From a virus, in the IMG/VR virus record IMGVR_UViG_3300032313_000664, positions 25,839-89,838 of that record: a stretch of 64,000 nucleotides of DNA. The stretch is one strand, 5' to 3'. The notes below the pieces were generated by a model. The model was not told the origin of the DNA. It ran no database searches and saw nothing but the letters and a program-made list of their open reading frames with translations. The position numbers were made by a program, and so were the translations under genes. This document shows positions 1 to 8,254 of the stretch, one piece after another. Numbering within the stretch: the stretch's first letter is position 1; every line of letters starts with the position of its first letter.

Positions 1-66
1 AACGTAAGTGGTGCCTATATCAGATTAATCTATGTAGATGCAACAAGAGGATGGGTAAGAGCATAA
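1..66 (+). CDS. 3' end of a virion/fibre protein (partial)
   Basis: Open frame from base 1 (NVSGAYIRLIYVDATRGWVRA*) ending in a TAATG overlap with the next gene; the L/I-x-Y-V-D-A-T-R-G-W ending resembles phage fibre/baseplate repeat domains. Confidence 0.6.
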   Translation, partial: NVSGAYIRLIYVDATRGWVRA

Positions 67-443
67 TGGCAAATTTAAGCGAAGTTTTAGCAGAAACATC
101 AGTAAAGACAAACCTTGATCTACAGACGTATCGGACTGGAAGAAGAGATTTAGGAACAGTAAATGGTGCAGTTAACCTTGATCTGTCTCTTTCAAATGAC
201 TTTACCGCAACAGTAAATGCAAATACTACATTTACAATTACAAATTGCCCAACCACTGGAGTTGTAGGTTTTTCTTTACAGCTAATTGGCGGCGGAGCAT
301 ATACAATAACATTTGCAAATGGAAAATACCCATCCGCAACAGCACCAGCTTTAACATCAGGTGGAATTGATGTTATAACATTTATCACTTATGATAATGG
401 AGCAAACTGGCGTGGAACTCTAGCAATGAAGGACTCAAGATAA
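66..443 (+). CDS. Small virion/tail-fibre-associated beta protein
   Basis: Start placed at ATG 66 (TAATG coupling). G/T/N-rich beta sequence; paralogous to 9217..9654 (GGAYTITF vs GGSYTITW; TYDNGANW vs TKDGGTTV). Confidence 0.6.
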   Translation: MANLSEVLAETSVKTNLDLQTYRTGRRDLGTVNGAVNLDLSLSNDFTATVNANTTFTITNCPTTGVVGFSLQLIGGGAYTITFANGKYPSATAPALTSGGIDVITFITYDNGANWRGTLAMKDSR

Positions 444-943
444 TGTACGCACAAGTTATAGACGAAGAAATTGTAAGAATCATTGATGAGCAGTCTTTAA
501 GAGAGATGTACTCATCTACACATTTCCCAGCAACAATAACTCAGGCATCCTTAGAAGGATTTGATAACTGGTACGTTGTAGAAGATTCTTCAGAGTTTCC
601 AGAATACAACAAGGCATCTGAAAAGTTAGAGTTTACAAGAGTATTTAATGGCACATCAGTTGTAGGTCAATACGTAGTTGTTGATCTTTCAAATGCAGAA
701 AAGGCGGCAGCAAAAGAAGCAAGAACTAGCGAAGTTAGATACCACAGAGATAATACATTAAACTCAACAGACTATCTAATGACATCAGATATATTTAATT
801 CTTTTTCTGCAGCAGATCAGCAAAAGATCATTAATTACAGACAAGCACTAAGAGATTTGACAGATCAGGCAGACCCATTTAATATCACATGGCCAGTCCT
901 TGGAATAGAGTCAATTAATTTAAAGTATAAAGTAGAGATCTAA
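443..943 (+). CDS. Tail fibre assembly chaperone-like protein
   Basis: C-terminal R-x-x-R-D-x-x-L-x-x-T-D ... YRQALRDL...ITWP motif typical of phage tail-fibre assembly proteins. Confidence 0.75.
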   Translation: MYAQVIDEEIVRIIDEQSLREMYSSTHFPATITQASLEGFDNWYVVEDSSEFPEYNKASEKLEFTRVFNGTSVVGQYVVVDLSNAEKAAAKEARTSEVRYHRDNTLNSTDYLMTSDIFNSFSAADQQKIINYRQALRDLTDQADPFNITWPVLGIESINLKYKVEI

Positions 944-1858
944 ATGCCATTTCCACCAGCCAGATACTCAACAGCTTCAGGAGTAAAATCTTTCTTTTTA
1001 AGACAGGTTATTACAAAGGGCTACGTTCTTGCTGGTTATAGAAACGGTCAGCCATGGACAAGCGTTAATGAAGTAACACACTCAACTGATACAACAATTG
1101 ATTTGGGCGGTCCATTAAATAACTCTACTTCTTATCCAGGCGGGATGTGCGATGACACATTTGCATATGTTCTTAAGGCAAATAATACAGTTGGTGGAAA
1201 CAGCAGCCAAACAAACAAATATAATATGAGAACAAATGTATCAGTAATTGGCCCATCTGCCCCATACAATGTGGGAAATGCTGGAACAATTATGCATAAA
1301 GAGCAAACAACTGCATGGGGTAAGCCTGCTGATGGAAATGCAGCACTTATGAGATTTAATTTTGCAACACAATCGTGGCTAAGTTCAATTGGCGCAGCCT
1401 ATGGAAATAACGGCGAAACAATGTCAGCTTTTTATCATGAAACAAAAGGATATCACTACGGCGATAACAATGGGCTTAAGCTTACTTTTGCAACAGAAAC
1501 TCAAGCATCTTCACCAATGAATGGTGCTCATGGACAACAAAAAGCAATTTCTTCAAAGTTATCACACCTGTATGCAGGAAATGAAGGTAGCTACAATGGA
1601 GGCTACAACCTTAGAAGATTTAGTGTTGCTACAGAAACAAATGTAGGAAACGTAGCAAAGCCAATTGGAAACTGTGGAGAAGAAGATTTTGATATGGGGC
1701 AAAACTGGCAGTATATGCTAGGTAATTATAATGGTGAGCAAAACAATAGATCTTGGAGATTTAACTATGCTACAGACTCTGGCTATGAAGGCGGAGGAAC
1801 AATGCAATCTAAGGGAGTTCCAGGCAGAAGTTCTGCCTACTCAGCACAACGTTCTTAA
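944..1858 (+). CDS. Kelch-like beta-propeller protein
   Basis: About 6 repeats of roughly 45 aa with G-Y-x-x-x-G starts and F-A-T-[ED]-[TS]-like motifs (RFNFATQS, KLTFATET, RFSVATET, RFNYATDS). Confidence 0.6.
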   Translation: MPFPPARYSTASGVKSFFLRQVITKGYVLAGYRNGQPWTSVNEVTHSTDTTIDLGGPLNNSTSYPGGMCDDTFAYVLKANNTVGGNSSQTNKYNMRTNVSVIGPSAPYNVGNAGTIMHKEQTTAWGKPADGNAALMRFNFATQSWLSSIGAAYGNNGETMSAFYHETKGYHYGDNNGLKLTFATETQASSPMNGAHGQQKAISSKLSHLYAGNEGSYNGGYNLRRFSVATETNVGNVAKPIGNCGEEDFDMGQNWQYMLGNYNGEQNNRSWRFNYATDSGYEGGGTMQSKGVPGRSSAYSAQRS

Positions 1859-1873
1859 CAGATAGGCAATAAA

Positions 1874-2602
1874 ATGAGATATATAAACGACCTAACATCG
1901 GATGTTTCTGGCTACACAAAATCACAAAAAGACATCCTTCTTTATGCTACCAATAGACATTGGGGTGTTCCAACATTTAAAATAGATAATTTTGTTGGTG
2001 GGGCTCAATTTACACCATTTGGAAAGTTAAGACAACTCTTGCTAGAACTTGGCGCAAGAGAAAACATGATTGTTGAGCAAGAGCTGAAGATTGAGAGAAC
2101 CAAACTAGAGATTGAGCTAGAGAAAGAAAGAATAACTTTAACTAACTCTCCAACTGAAATAAAGATTCATGAGCTTAATATTAAAGAAAAAGAAAGAACT
2201 CTTTTAAATCAAAAAAATGGAGTTAGCTCAGTCTATGAAGAGCGAGATAAGTACATGGTGCTTATAGACAAGTTTAATAATTCAGAAGAAGGCAAGTTGC
2301 CAGATGGAAGATTTATTATGGATATAATCGGCAACTACGAAGAAGAAGAAAGACTAGAAGCAGAGCTTTGGGGAATTAGACTAGGTGCTCAAGCAGCCTA
2401 CGATTTAATGTTTTATGGCAGAGTCAATGGCGGAAATATGGAAGCTATTGATCAGCTACCAAAAGAAGTTAGAGAAATAGCTCTTGAAACTGCAGTAGCC
2501 AAAGCAATAGAGACAAACAAGCACCTAGACGCTCTTCAAATTGAAACAAGAAAAAGACTAGAGCTGTCTGACTCAGAGCAAGGACTTTGGGAAGAAGTTT
2601 AA
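1874..2602 (+). CDS. Coiled-coil hypothetical protein
   Basis: 242-aa ORF with an E/K/L-rich heptad segment; TAATG-coupled to the next gene. Confidence 0.75.
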   Translation: MRYINDLTSDVSGYTKSQKDILLYATNRHWGVPTFKIDNFVGGAQFTPFGKLRQLLLELGARENMIVEQELKIERTKLEIELEKERITLTNSPTEIKIHELNIKEKERTLLNQKNGVSSVYEERDKYMVLIDKFNNSEEGKLPDGRFIMDIIGNYEEEERLEAELWGIRLGAQAAYDLMFYGRVNGGNMEAIDQLPKEVREIALETAVAKAIETNKHLDALQIETRKRLELSDSEQGLWEEV

Positions 2603-3159
2603 TGATATATTTTTTGTTTGACCCCGTAGATAAAACGGAGAAAAATAATTACATCCAGCATATTGGTGAATGGAACAATTTGTTCATAGGGGCAGTAGAT
2701 GAAAGCCAGATGCTGTATATGAACCTTCCAAGAATGACGGTGGTAACAAAAGAAGTTGCTCTTGCGTATAAGTTTGTTGGAAAGTATAAAGGCTATATAA
2801 AGCTTAGACCAAATACTTTGCATCTATCACAATTAGAGGGCAAGCCATTTGAGCAGGTAGAGGGTAAGTTTAAGTATACCTTGACTGAAGAAGATAAACA
2901 AAATGCATGCCTTTTCCAAAAAGCTGCAATGATATTTATGCTAGAAAAATACTATTCAAATAAACTTTTGTTATTAAAATCTACACCAGAGTTTTTAAAA
3001 CAGGACGACTTTCAATGTGAAAAGTTTCATTTAAATAAAAAGAATGAAATCTATCAAAAAATTATCTCTTGCCAAGATTGGGTAGAAGCTGGTATACTAT
3101 TAAATAATCATTTTGGCGTTCATTATGATGCGGATACTTTATCAAAAATAGATTTGTAG
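2602..3159 (+). CDS. Hypothetical protein
   Basis: Start placed at ATG 2602 (TAATG overlap) instead of the track's TTG 2587; 185 aa; no motif recognised. Confidence 0.7.
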   Translation: MIYFLFDPVDKTEKNNYIQHIGEWNNLFIGAVDESQMLYMNLPRMTVVTKEVALAYKFVGKYKGYIKLRPNTLHLSQLEGKPFEQVEGKFKYTLTEEDKQNACLFQKAAMIFMLEKYYSNKLLLLKSTPEFLKQDDFQCEKFHLNKKNEIYQKIISCQDWVEAGILLNNHFGVHYDADTLSKIDL

Positions 3160-3164
3160 GATAA

Positions 3165-4811
3165 ATGTTTAGCGTACCATTAAACCCAAAGCTAAATGAG
3201 AATCAGATAAATGAATTTATTTCTTTCTTAAAAGACTATAAAGACTACATATATGATTTTTATTTTACCTGTAGGGTTGCCCCATTTAATCAAGACGCCA
3301 TGGGCGATATTTTTCAGGGTGGAAAAGAAGACCATGACTATTTAATTGATCTTGCATTACATATTCAGCAAGAGACAGGTGTGCTTGCCTCCGCCGTATT
3401 TAACAACACAGAAGTTAGACCAGATCAACAAAACCTAGATCTATTTATTAAAAACTTTTTGCCAGTGTATGAAATGGGAATTAGGTCTGCTACGATACCC
3501 CATACTCATTGGATGGCAACGGGCCAAATTAAAAAAGCATTCCCAGAGCTATTTGTAAAGAATACTATCCTTAGAAATGTTTCAGAACCAAGGGATATAG
3601 AAAAGCTAGCCAAAGCTGGATTTGACTATGTCAACCTTGATCGTGACCTAATGCGTGATCATGCAAAGCTAAAGCTTTTTAAAAAGGCAAAGACGCAGTT
3701 TGGTGTAAAATTATCACTGCTTGCTAATGAGGGTTGCTACGGCGGATGCATAATGATGGATGAACATTATCAGTTTAATAATACCCGCACAGATGGACCT
3801 CAGTATTTTAATGACCCAATAAGCAGGGTTTCCTGCCCAAAGTGGGATCATGAAGATTTTGCGGTATCTTTAAAAACAGCTAATTTCCCACCATGGCGTG
3901 AGGATTGGCAGGAGTTCCTAGATGATCTTGGTATTGATGTTATTAAGATGCACGGTAGAGAGTCGCATACAAGACTTAAAGAGACTATGGATATAATCAG
4001 GAGGTATGCCAATAATGAAGAAATTCTATTTGACAGCTTTAATGATTTTATTGAGGAAACTAATATGGTTGACAAACCAATTACCATCTGGCGCAATAAG
4101 ATCAAAAATTGTAAATTTGATTGCTGGGATTGTGGTTATTGTGACAAGATAATGGCTGCCAAATATGGCAACCATATAAATCCAAAGGTTTCCTTTGTGG
4201 CACAGGAATTAGTTAATTCTGTCAATGATCCAATTGAGATTAATATTCCAGGACTAACATCTACTAGAGTCCAGTCATTAATAAATGGTTTAGCAAAGAA
4301 CTCTTCTAAGTACCTTGAGATTGGTTCTTATCAGGGCGCTACAGCCTCTGCCGCCTTGATGGGCAATAGACTAGATGCATACTTTGTGGACATGTGGCAG
4401 GAGGCCCCACAAGCCGTTAGAGAAGGTTGGGATATTCCAACTACAAATACCCTTGAGGAATTTAAAAACAATATAGCTCCTTATAAAGGTAATAATAAAA
4501 TATTTATATCTAACTCAGATATGTTCAAGGTTAATTTGTCAAAAATGTCAGATATTGATTTATTCTTTTATGACGGTCCTCATGATTTTGAATCAACAAA
4601 GAATGCCGTAAAATACTACTCTCCAGTATTTGCAGATCAAGCAATTTTAATATTTGATGACGCAAACTGGACGGAAGTTGTAAAAGGTGCTCATAAAGGA
4701 ATAATTGAATCTGGATTAAAAATATTGTATAGTAAGAAGATATTAAATTCATTAGAGTCTGATGCAGACTGGTGGAACGGCTTATACATAGTTGTTGTAA
4801 GCAAAGAATAG
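3165..4811 (+). CDS. U32 'peptidase'-family (Fe-S hydroxylase-like) domain fused to a class I SAM methyltransferase (Methyltransf_24-like)
   Basis: N-terminal: VNLDRDL, LANEGCYGGC, SRVSCPKW, VIKMHGRE, CKFDCWDCGYC. C-terminal: YLEIGSYQG, VDMW, DLFFYDGPH, LIFDD. Confidence 0.75.
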   Translation: MFSVPLNPKLNENQINEFISFLKDYKDYIYDFYFTCRVAPFNQDAMGDIFQGGKEDHDYLIDLALHIQQETGVLASAVFNNTEVRPDQQNLDLFIKNFLPVYEMGIRSATIPHTHWMATGQIKKAFPELFVKNTILRNVSEPRDIEKLAKAGFDYVNLDRDLMRDHAKLKLFKKAKTQFGVKLSLLANEGCYGGCIMMDEHYQFNNTRTDGPQYFNDPISRVSCPKWDHEDFAVSLKTANFPPWREDWQEFLDDLGIDVIKMHGRESHTRLKETMDIIRRYANNEEILFDSFNDFIEETNMVDKPITIWRNKIKNCKFDCWDCGYCDKIMAAKYGNHINPKVSFVAQELVNSVNDPIEINIPGLTSTRVQSLINGLAKNSSKYLEIGSYQGATASAALMGNRLDAYFVDMWQEAPQAVREGWDIPTTNTLEEFKNNIAPYKGNNKIFISNSDMFKVNLSKMSDIDLFFYDGPHDFESTKNAVKYYSPVFADQAILIFDDANWTEVVKGAHKGIIESGLKILYSKKILNSLESDADWWNGLYIVVVSKE

Positions 4812-4812
4812 A

Positions 4813-4985
4813 TTTTGTATCATATACGGATTCGAGCATATAAAAGACCGTATTTTGCTACAAAGGCACACGTGCCTATTATATTTGTACGTCTTAATGA
4901 CACGAATTAAGACCTCAAAGATGCTAGCGCTTGTGTTTATATAGGTATCTAAATTAGATTCTATAAATACTGAAAGGTTATAAAG
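4813..4985 (+). ncRNA. Candidate structured cis-regulatory RNA leader
   Basis: Four consecutive hairpins fill an unusually long intergenic gap directly upstream of a transporter gene; no Rfam family recognised. Confidence 0.35.
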
Positions 4986-5936
4986 ATGGAAATTACACCC
5001 TCTTTGTTTTTAAATAATCAGCAGTTCTTAATACTGCTAGCGTCAGTAATGGCATTGGCCTTTGCTGCAAAGAAAACCCAGGTGTTCCTGCCCTTTTACA
5101 GCTGGATTGCCAAAAATGTTAAATCTAAAAGAGCAGTAGTTGCTCTTATTTCTCTGTTCTCTGGCGTACTGCCGATTTCAGGTCGTGTCGCTGTTTCGGC
5201 TGGTGCACTAGATACAATTGCCCCAGAAGATCAAAAGAAGCGTAAAAATTACGGAATCATTGATTACCTTTCTACGCATCATTTCTACTTTTGGTCACCA
5301 CTAGAAGCAACAGTTCTTCTCCCAATGGCGGCACTAAGTATTAGTTACTGGGAGTTGATGAGCAGAGTTTGGCCACTTATTGCTACAGCATTAATAGTAA
5401 TCCTTTTCTATATATTTAAGATTTTAAAGGAAGATGATATTGAAATTAATATCCCAGACAAGCCTTTAAAGAAAAGAGATAAGCAGCCATGGCAACTTGA
5501 GGCAGATGCAAAGCGTGATCGAAAGCAACTGCTTGATTATGCAAGAGTAATTCTATTTACTGGAATTGTTATTATCCTGAGCAATATTGTAAAGGCTAAT
5601 TTTGATACAATAAATGCATGGGTAGAAAATGCCCATAAAAATAATCTATTAATCTTAGTTGCTTTTGCTGGATTCTTGGCAAGTTTTGCCTTGGGAAGTT
5701 CTAGCAAGTTTGCTGGATTTGTCGTCCTCTCAGTAGGAGTATTTGGCATAGAAACTTTGCCACTATTCTTTGCAGTCGACTACGCAGGATATATGCTGTC
5801 TCCAGCACATAAGTGTTTAGTTGTAGGTAAGAGCTACTTTAGAACCCCTCTCAAGGATTACTATAAGGCAATTTTTGCTTTGGTGATTCCAGTGGTTCTA
5901 ATGGGTATAACTTTGTACTACGGCGGGACCCTCTAA
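4986..5936 (+). CDS. DUF401-like multi-pass membrane protein (IT-superfamily-type transporter)
   Basis: Many hydrophobic helices; SGVLPISGRVAVSA, DYLSTHHFYFWSPL and YAGYMLSPAHKCL resemble the DUF401 motifs GLLP..GG...SA, NYWFRH..E...PL and GxxLSPxHxC. Confidence 0.6.
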   Translation: MEITPSLFLNNQQFLILLASVMALAFAAKKTQVFLPFYSWIAKNVKSKRAVVALISLFSGVLPISGRVAVSAGALDTIAPEDQKKRKNYGIIDYLSTHHFYFWSPLEATVLLPMAALSISYWELMSRVWPLIATALIVILFYIFKILKEDDIEINIPDKPLKKRDKQPWQLEADAKRDRKQLLDYARVILFTGIVIILSNIVKANFDTINAWVENAHKNNLLILVAFAGFLASFALGSSSKFAGFVVLSVGVFGIETLPLFFAVDYAGYMLSPAHKCLVVGKSYFRTPLKDYYKAIFALVIPVVLMGITLYYGGTL

Positions 5937-5947
5937 AAACCTATTGT

Positions 5948-6014
5948 CCCCACTGGCTTCTAGAAGGCCAGTGGGGTATAATAAGTTAGGCAAAGGTAGA
6001 TAATACTACCTTTG
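5948..6014 (+). terminator. Two strong hairpins after the transporter gene
   Basis: CCCCACTGGCTTC..GAAGGCCAGTGGGG (5948-5976) and CAAAGGTAG-ATAATA-CTACCTTTG (5991-6014); no long U tract. Confidence 0.5.
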
Positions 6015-6028
6015 ATAATAAATATTTA

Positions 6029-6037
6029 TGATATACT
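6029..6037 (+). promoter_or_regulatory. Extended -10 promoter
   Basis: TGATATACT upstream of AGGAG and ATG 6059. Confidence 0.5.
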
Positions 6038-6058
6038 TTTAGGTATAGGAGATACAAC

Positions 6059-6391
6059 ATGCCAGATTATGCAAGTTTAACAGCCCAAGTAGAATTATTC
6101 AAGACCAAGGTGGGAGCCCTCAGCGGATCAACACTTGGAGCACAAGAATTGGTTTATCTAGCCAAAGCTATTGAATCAATGGGAAATCTTTTGGGAGTCA
6201 ACGACGTTTTGGCAGCTACAAATACAAAGCTAAATGATATCTCAACTGCAGTAACAGGTGCCGTAACAACTGTTTCAAGCGCAGGAAGCACACAAGTAGC
6301 AGCAGTAGCTGCAGCAGGAGCAACACAGGTAGCAGCTGTTGCGAATGAATTAAATAACTTTACAATCTATCAGAATATGGGAGTAATATAA
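6059..6391 (+). CDS. Ala-rich putative virion protein
   Basis: AGGAG RBS; repeated AGxTQVAAV; located in the fibre region. Confidence 0.65.
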   Translation: MPDYASLTAQVELFKTKVGALSGSTLGAQELVYLAKAIESMGNLLGVNDVLAATNTKLNDISTAVTGAVTTVSSAGSTQVAAVAAAGATQVAAVANELNNFTIYQNMGVI

Positions 6392-6392
6392 A

Positions 6393-6713
6393 ATGCCAAC
6401 AACAGTCAGTTTACCAGCACGTTTTTACGCAGGAACACTTACAAACAACGAAACAGGAGTTTGGACAGTACCAGCAGCAGAAACAGATGTTATCACATCA
6501 ATCACAGTTCAAAACATTACACTTGCAGCACAAACATTTAACGTAAAAATGGCAGGAACATTCTTGGCCTATCAGCTAAGCCTTCCACCACAAACTTTTA
6601 TGACATTAGATATTAAGCAAGTTCTTAACACAGCAGAAAGCATTCTCGTAACAGCGTCAAATAATAACGCAGTCACAATGTTTATCTCTGGCGTAAAAAT
6701 AACATCATCATAA
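6393..6713 (+). CDS. Small beta-sandwich virion protein
   Basis: Resembles the N-terminal domain of 10849..13248 (P-x-R-F start, L-N-x-x-E-S-I, ISGV). Confidence 0.65.
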   Translation: MPTTVSLPARFYAGTLTNNETGVWTVPAAETDVITSITVQNITLAAQTFNVKMAGTFLAYQLSLPPQTFMTLDIKQVLNTAESILVTASNNNAVTMFISGVKITSS

Positions 6714-6729
6714 TTTAAAGGAGTAAAAA

Positions 6730-7725
6730 ATGTCACAAGTTTCCAACACTACAAGTTCCATTTATTTGCCAGGACTAACTACAACAATTAATGCTGCCGT
6801 AACACAGGGATTGCAAACTGGTATTACAGCACAAGCTATTGCAGCAGGTGGAGTAAGCTCAATGTACATGCCTCTTGAAGAAAGAATTTATTCATCAGGC
6901 ACATGGACAAGACCAGCAAATTCAGGACCAGTTATTAAAATGATTCTTGTTGGCGGAGGAGGTTCAGGCGGAGTTGGAGTTTCATGGTCCCACAGCGGAG
7001 CAGGTGGTGGTGGCGCAGGACAACTTGTTGAAAGATGGCTAGACATTTCTTCAGTACCAATTGGATCAACTATTTCAGTAACTATCGGAGCAGGTGGCGC
7101 AGCAGTAGGTGGAAATGCAAACGGAAATAATGGAGGAAACTCTTCATTCGGTGTTAACGGACAACCATTTTATTTAATTGCATACGGCGGTGGCGGTGGC
7201 GGTTACCCAGATGGTACAGGTAACAATGGCAACAGCGGAAGCATGGGTCCAGGATACAATAATCAAAATGGTGGAGGATCTGGTGGCGGTGGCGGATCTA
7301 ACTACAACTGGCAATACGGCGCAGGCGGAGGCGGAGGCGGATCATCTAGCGCAGGAATGCCAGCAAGAAATACAACATCAAGCAATGGAACTGGAAGCGC
7401 AGGGCGACCAGGAGGATTTGGTTGGGGTCCTGGAGCATCAGGCGGAGCAACTGGAACTAACCACAGCTGGACATCATGGATTGGAATGGGCGGAGGCGGC
7501 GGTAATGGTCAATACGGAATTGCAGGCGGCGGAGGCGGAGGCGGAGGAGTAGGCGGAGGAGGATCTTGTGGTGGTGGCGCAGGAGGATCCCCAGTAACAG
7601 ATAACAATGGTGGATCAGGAATGGACGGAACAGGTTCAGGTGGTGGTGGAAATTCACACACAGGTGGTGTCGGTCAAAAAGGAGGTTCTGGCGTAGCTAT
7701 TATTACATACTACGTTAAGGCATAA
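6730..7725 (+). CDS. Glycine-rich virion protein (paralog 1)
   Basis: SSGTWTRP..LVGGGGSGG..GGSGVAII..Y glycine-rich phage domain architecture; AGGAG RBS. Confidence 0.75.
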   Translation: MSQVSNTTSSIYLPGLTTTINAAVTQGLQTGITAQAIAAGGVSSMYMPLEERIYSSGTWTRPANSGPVIKMILVGGGGSGGVGVSWSHSGAGGGGAGQLVERWLDISSVPIGSTISVTIGAGGAAVGGNANGNNGGNSSFGVNGQPFYLIAYGGGGGGYPDGTGNNGNSGSMGPGYNNQNGGGSGGGGGSNYNWQYGAGGGGGGSSSAGMPARNTTSSNGTGSAGRPGGFGWGPGASGGATGTNHSWTSWIGMGGGGGNGQYGIAGGGGGGGGVGGGGSCGGGAGGSPVTDNNGGSGMDGTGSGGGGNSHTGGVGQKGGSGVAIITYYVKA

Positions 7726-7727
7726 TT

Positions 7728-8009
7728 ATGAGAGACTACGTATTTATTAATGAAGATGGTACAGTAAAAAACATACTGAACCTAGTTGGACCAGAAGCAA
7801 TTGAAGCAAATGATGATTTAAAAGATTTGCTTTGGTTTGATTACACTGACTGGGACTATGACGATAAGCCAGGTCCACAATGGACATACAACAAAGAAAC
7901 AGAAGTGTGGACTAAATATGTTCCATTTAATTCTGCACCAATCCCAGAAGATATTATTGAAGCAATTGCAGCATCAGTTGAAGCTGAACCAATAGAGGGT
8001 GATATCTAA
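7728..8009 (+). CDS. Small acidic protein (fibre chaperone-like)
   Basis: Acidic; P-G-x-x-W motif shared with 8009..8254. Confidence 0.65.
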   Translation: MRDYVFINEDGTVKNILNLVGPEAIEANDDLKDLLWFDYTDWDYDDKPGPQWTYNKETEVWTKYVPFNSAPIPEDIIEAIAASVEAEPIEGDI

Positions 8010-8254
8010 TGTCAAGAATATGGGCACTATTAGTAGATAATGTTATTGGAAATGTAATCATTGCAGAAGAAGATTTTATTGAATCTCATCCAGATTTTTC
8101 AGGATTGGGTCGGATTGACATTACAGACTATGATCCACAACCAGGAATTATGTGGATACTAGAGGATAATAAATTTAAAGCACCAGAATCAGTAAGACCA
8201 AAACCAGAACACGTAGTACCAGAAAATAATCTTGAAATCGAGGTAAAGGCATAA
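8009..8254 (+). CDS. Small acidic protein (paralog of 7728..8009)
   Basis: TAATG-coupled at both ends; DITDYDPQPGIMW. Confidence 0.65.
   Translation: MSRIWALLVDNVIGNVIIAEEDFIESHPDFSGLGRIDITDYDPQPGIMWILEDNKFKAPESVRPKPEHVVPENNLEIEVKA

Noticed and set aside
4820-4890. Canonical purine riboswitch
   Set aside because: Only junction-like words match; P1 pairs poorly and the L2/L3 kissing-loop consensus is absent
4812-4910. Open frame continuing past the TAG of the U32 fusion (readthrough or leader peptide MYHIRIRAYKRP...)
   Set aside because: No SD, no suppressor tRNA in the window, and TAG is a normal stop elsewhere; the methyltransferase domain is already complete
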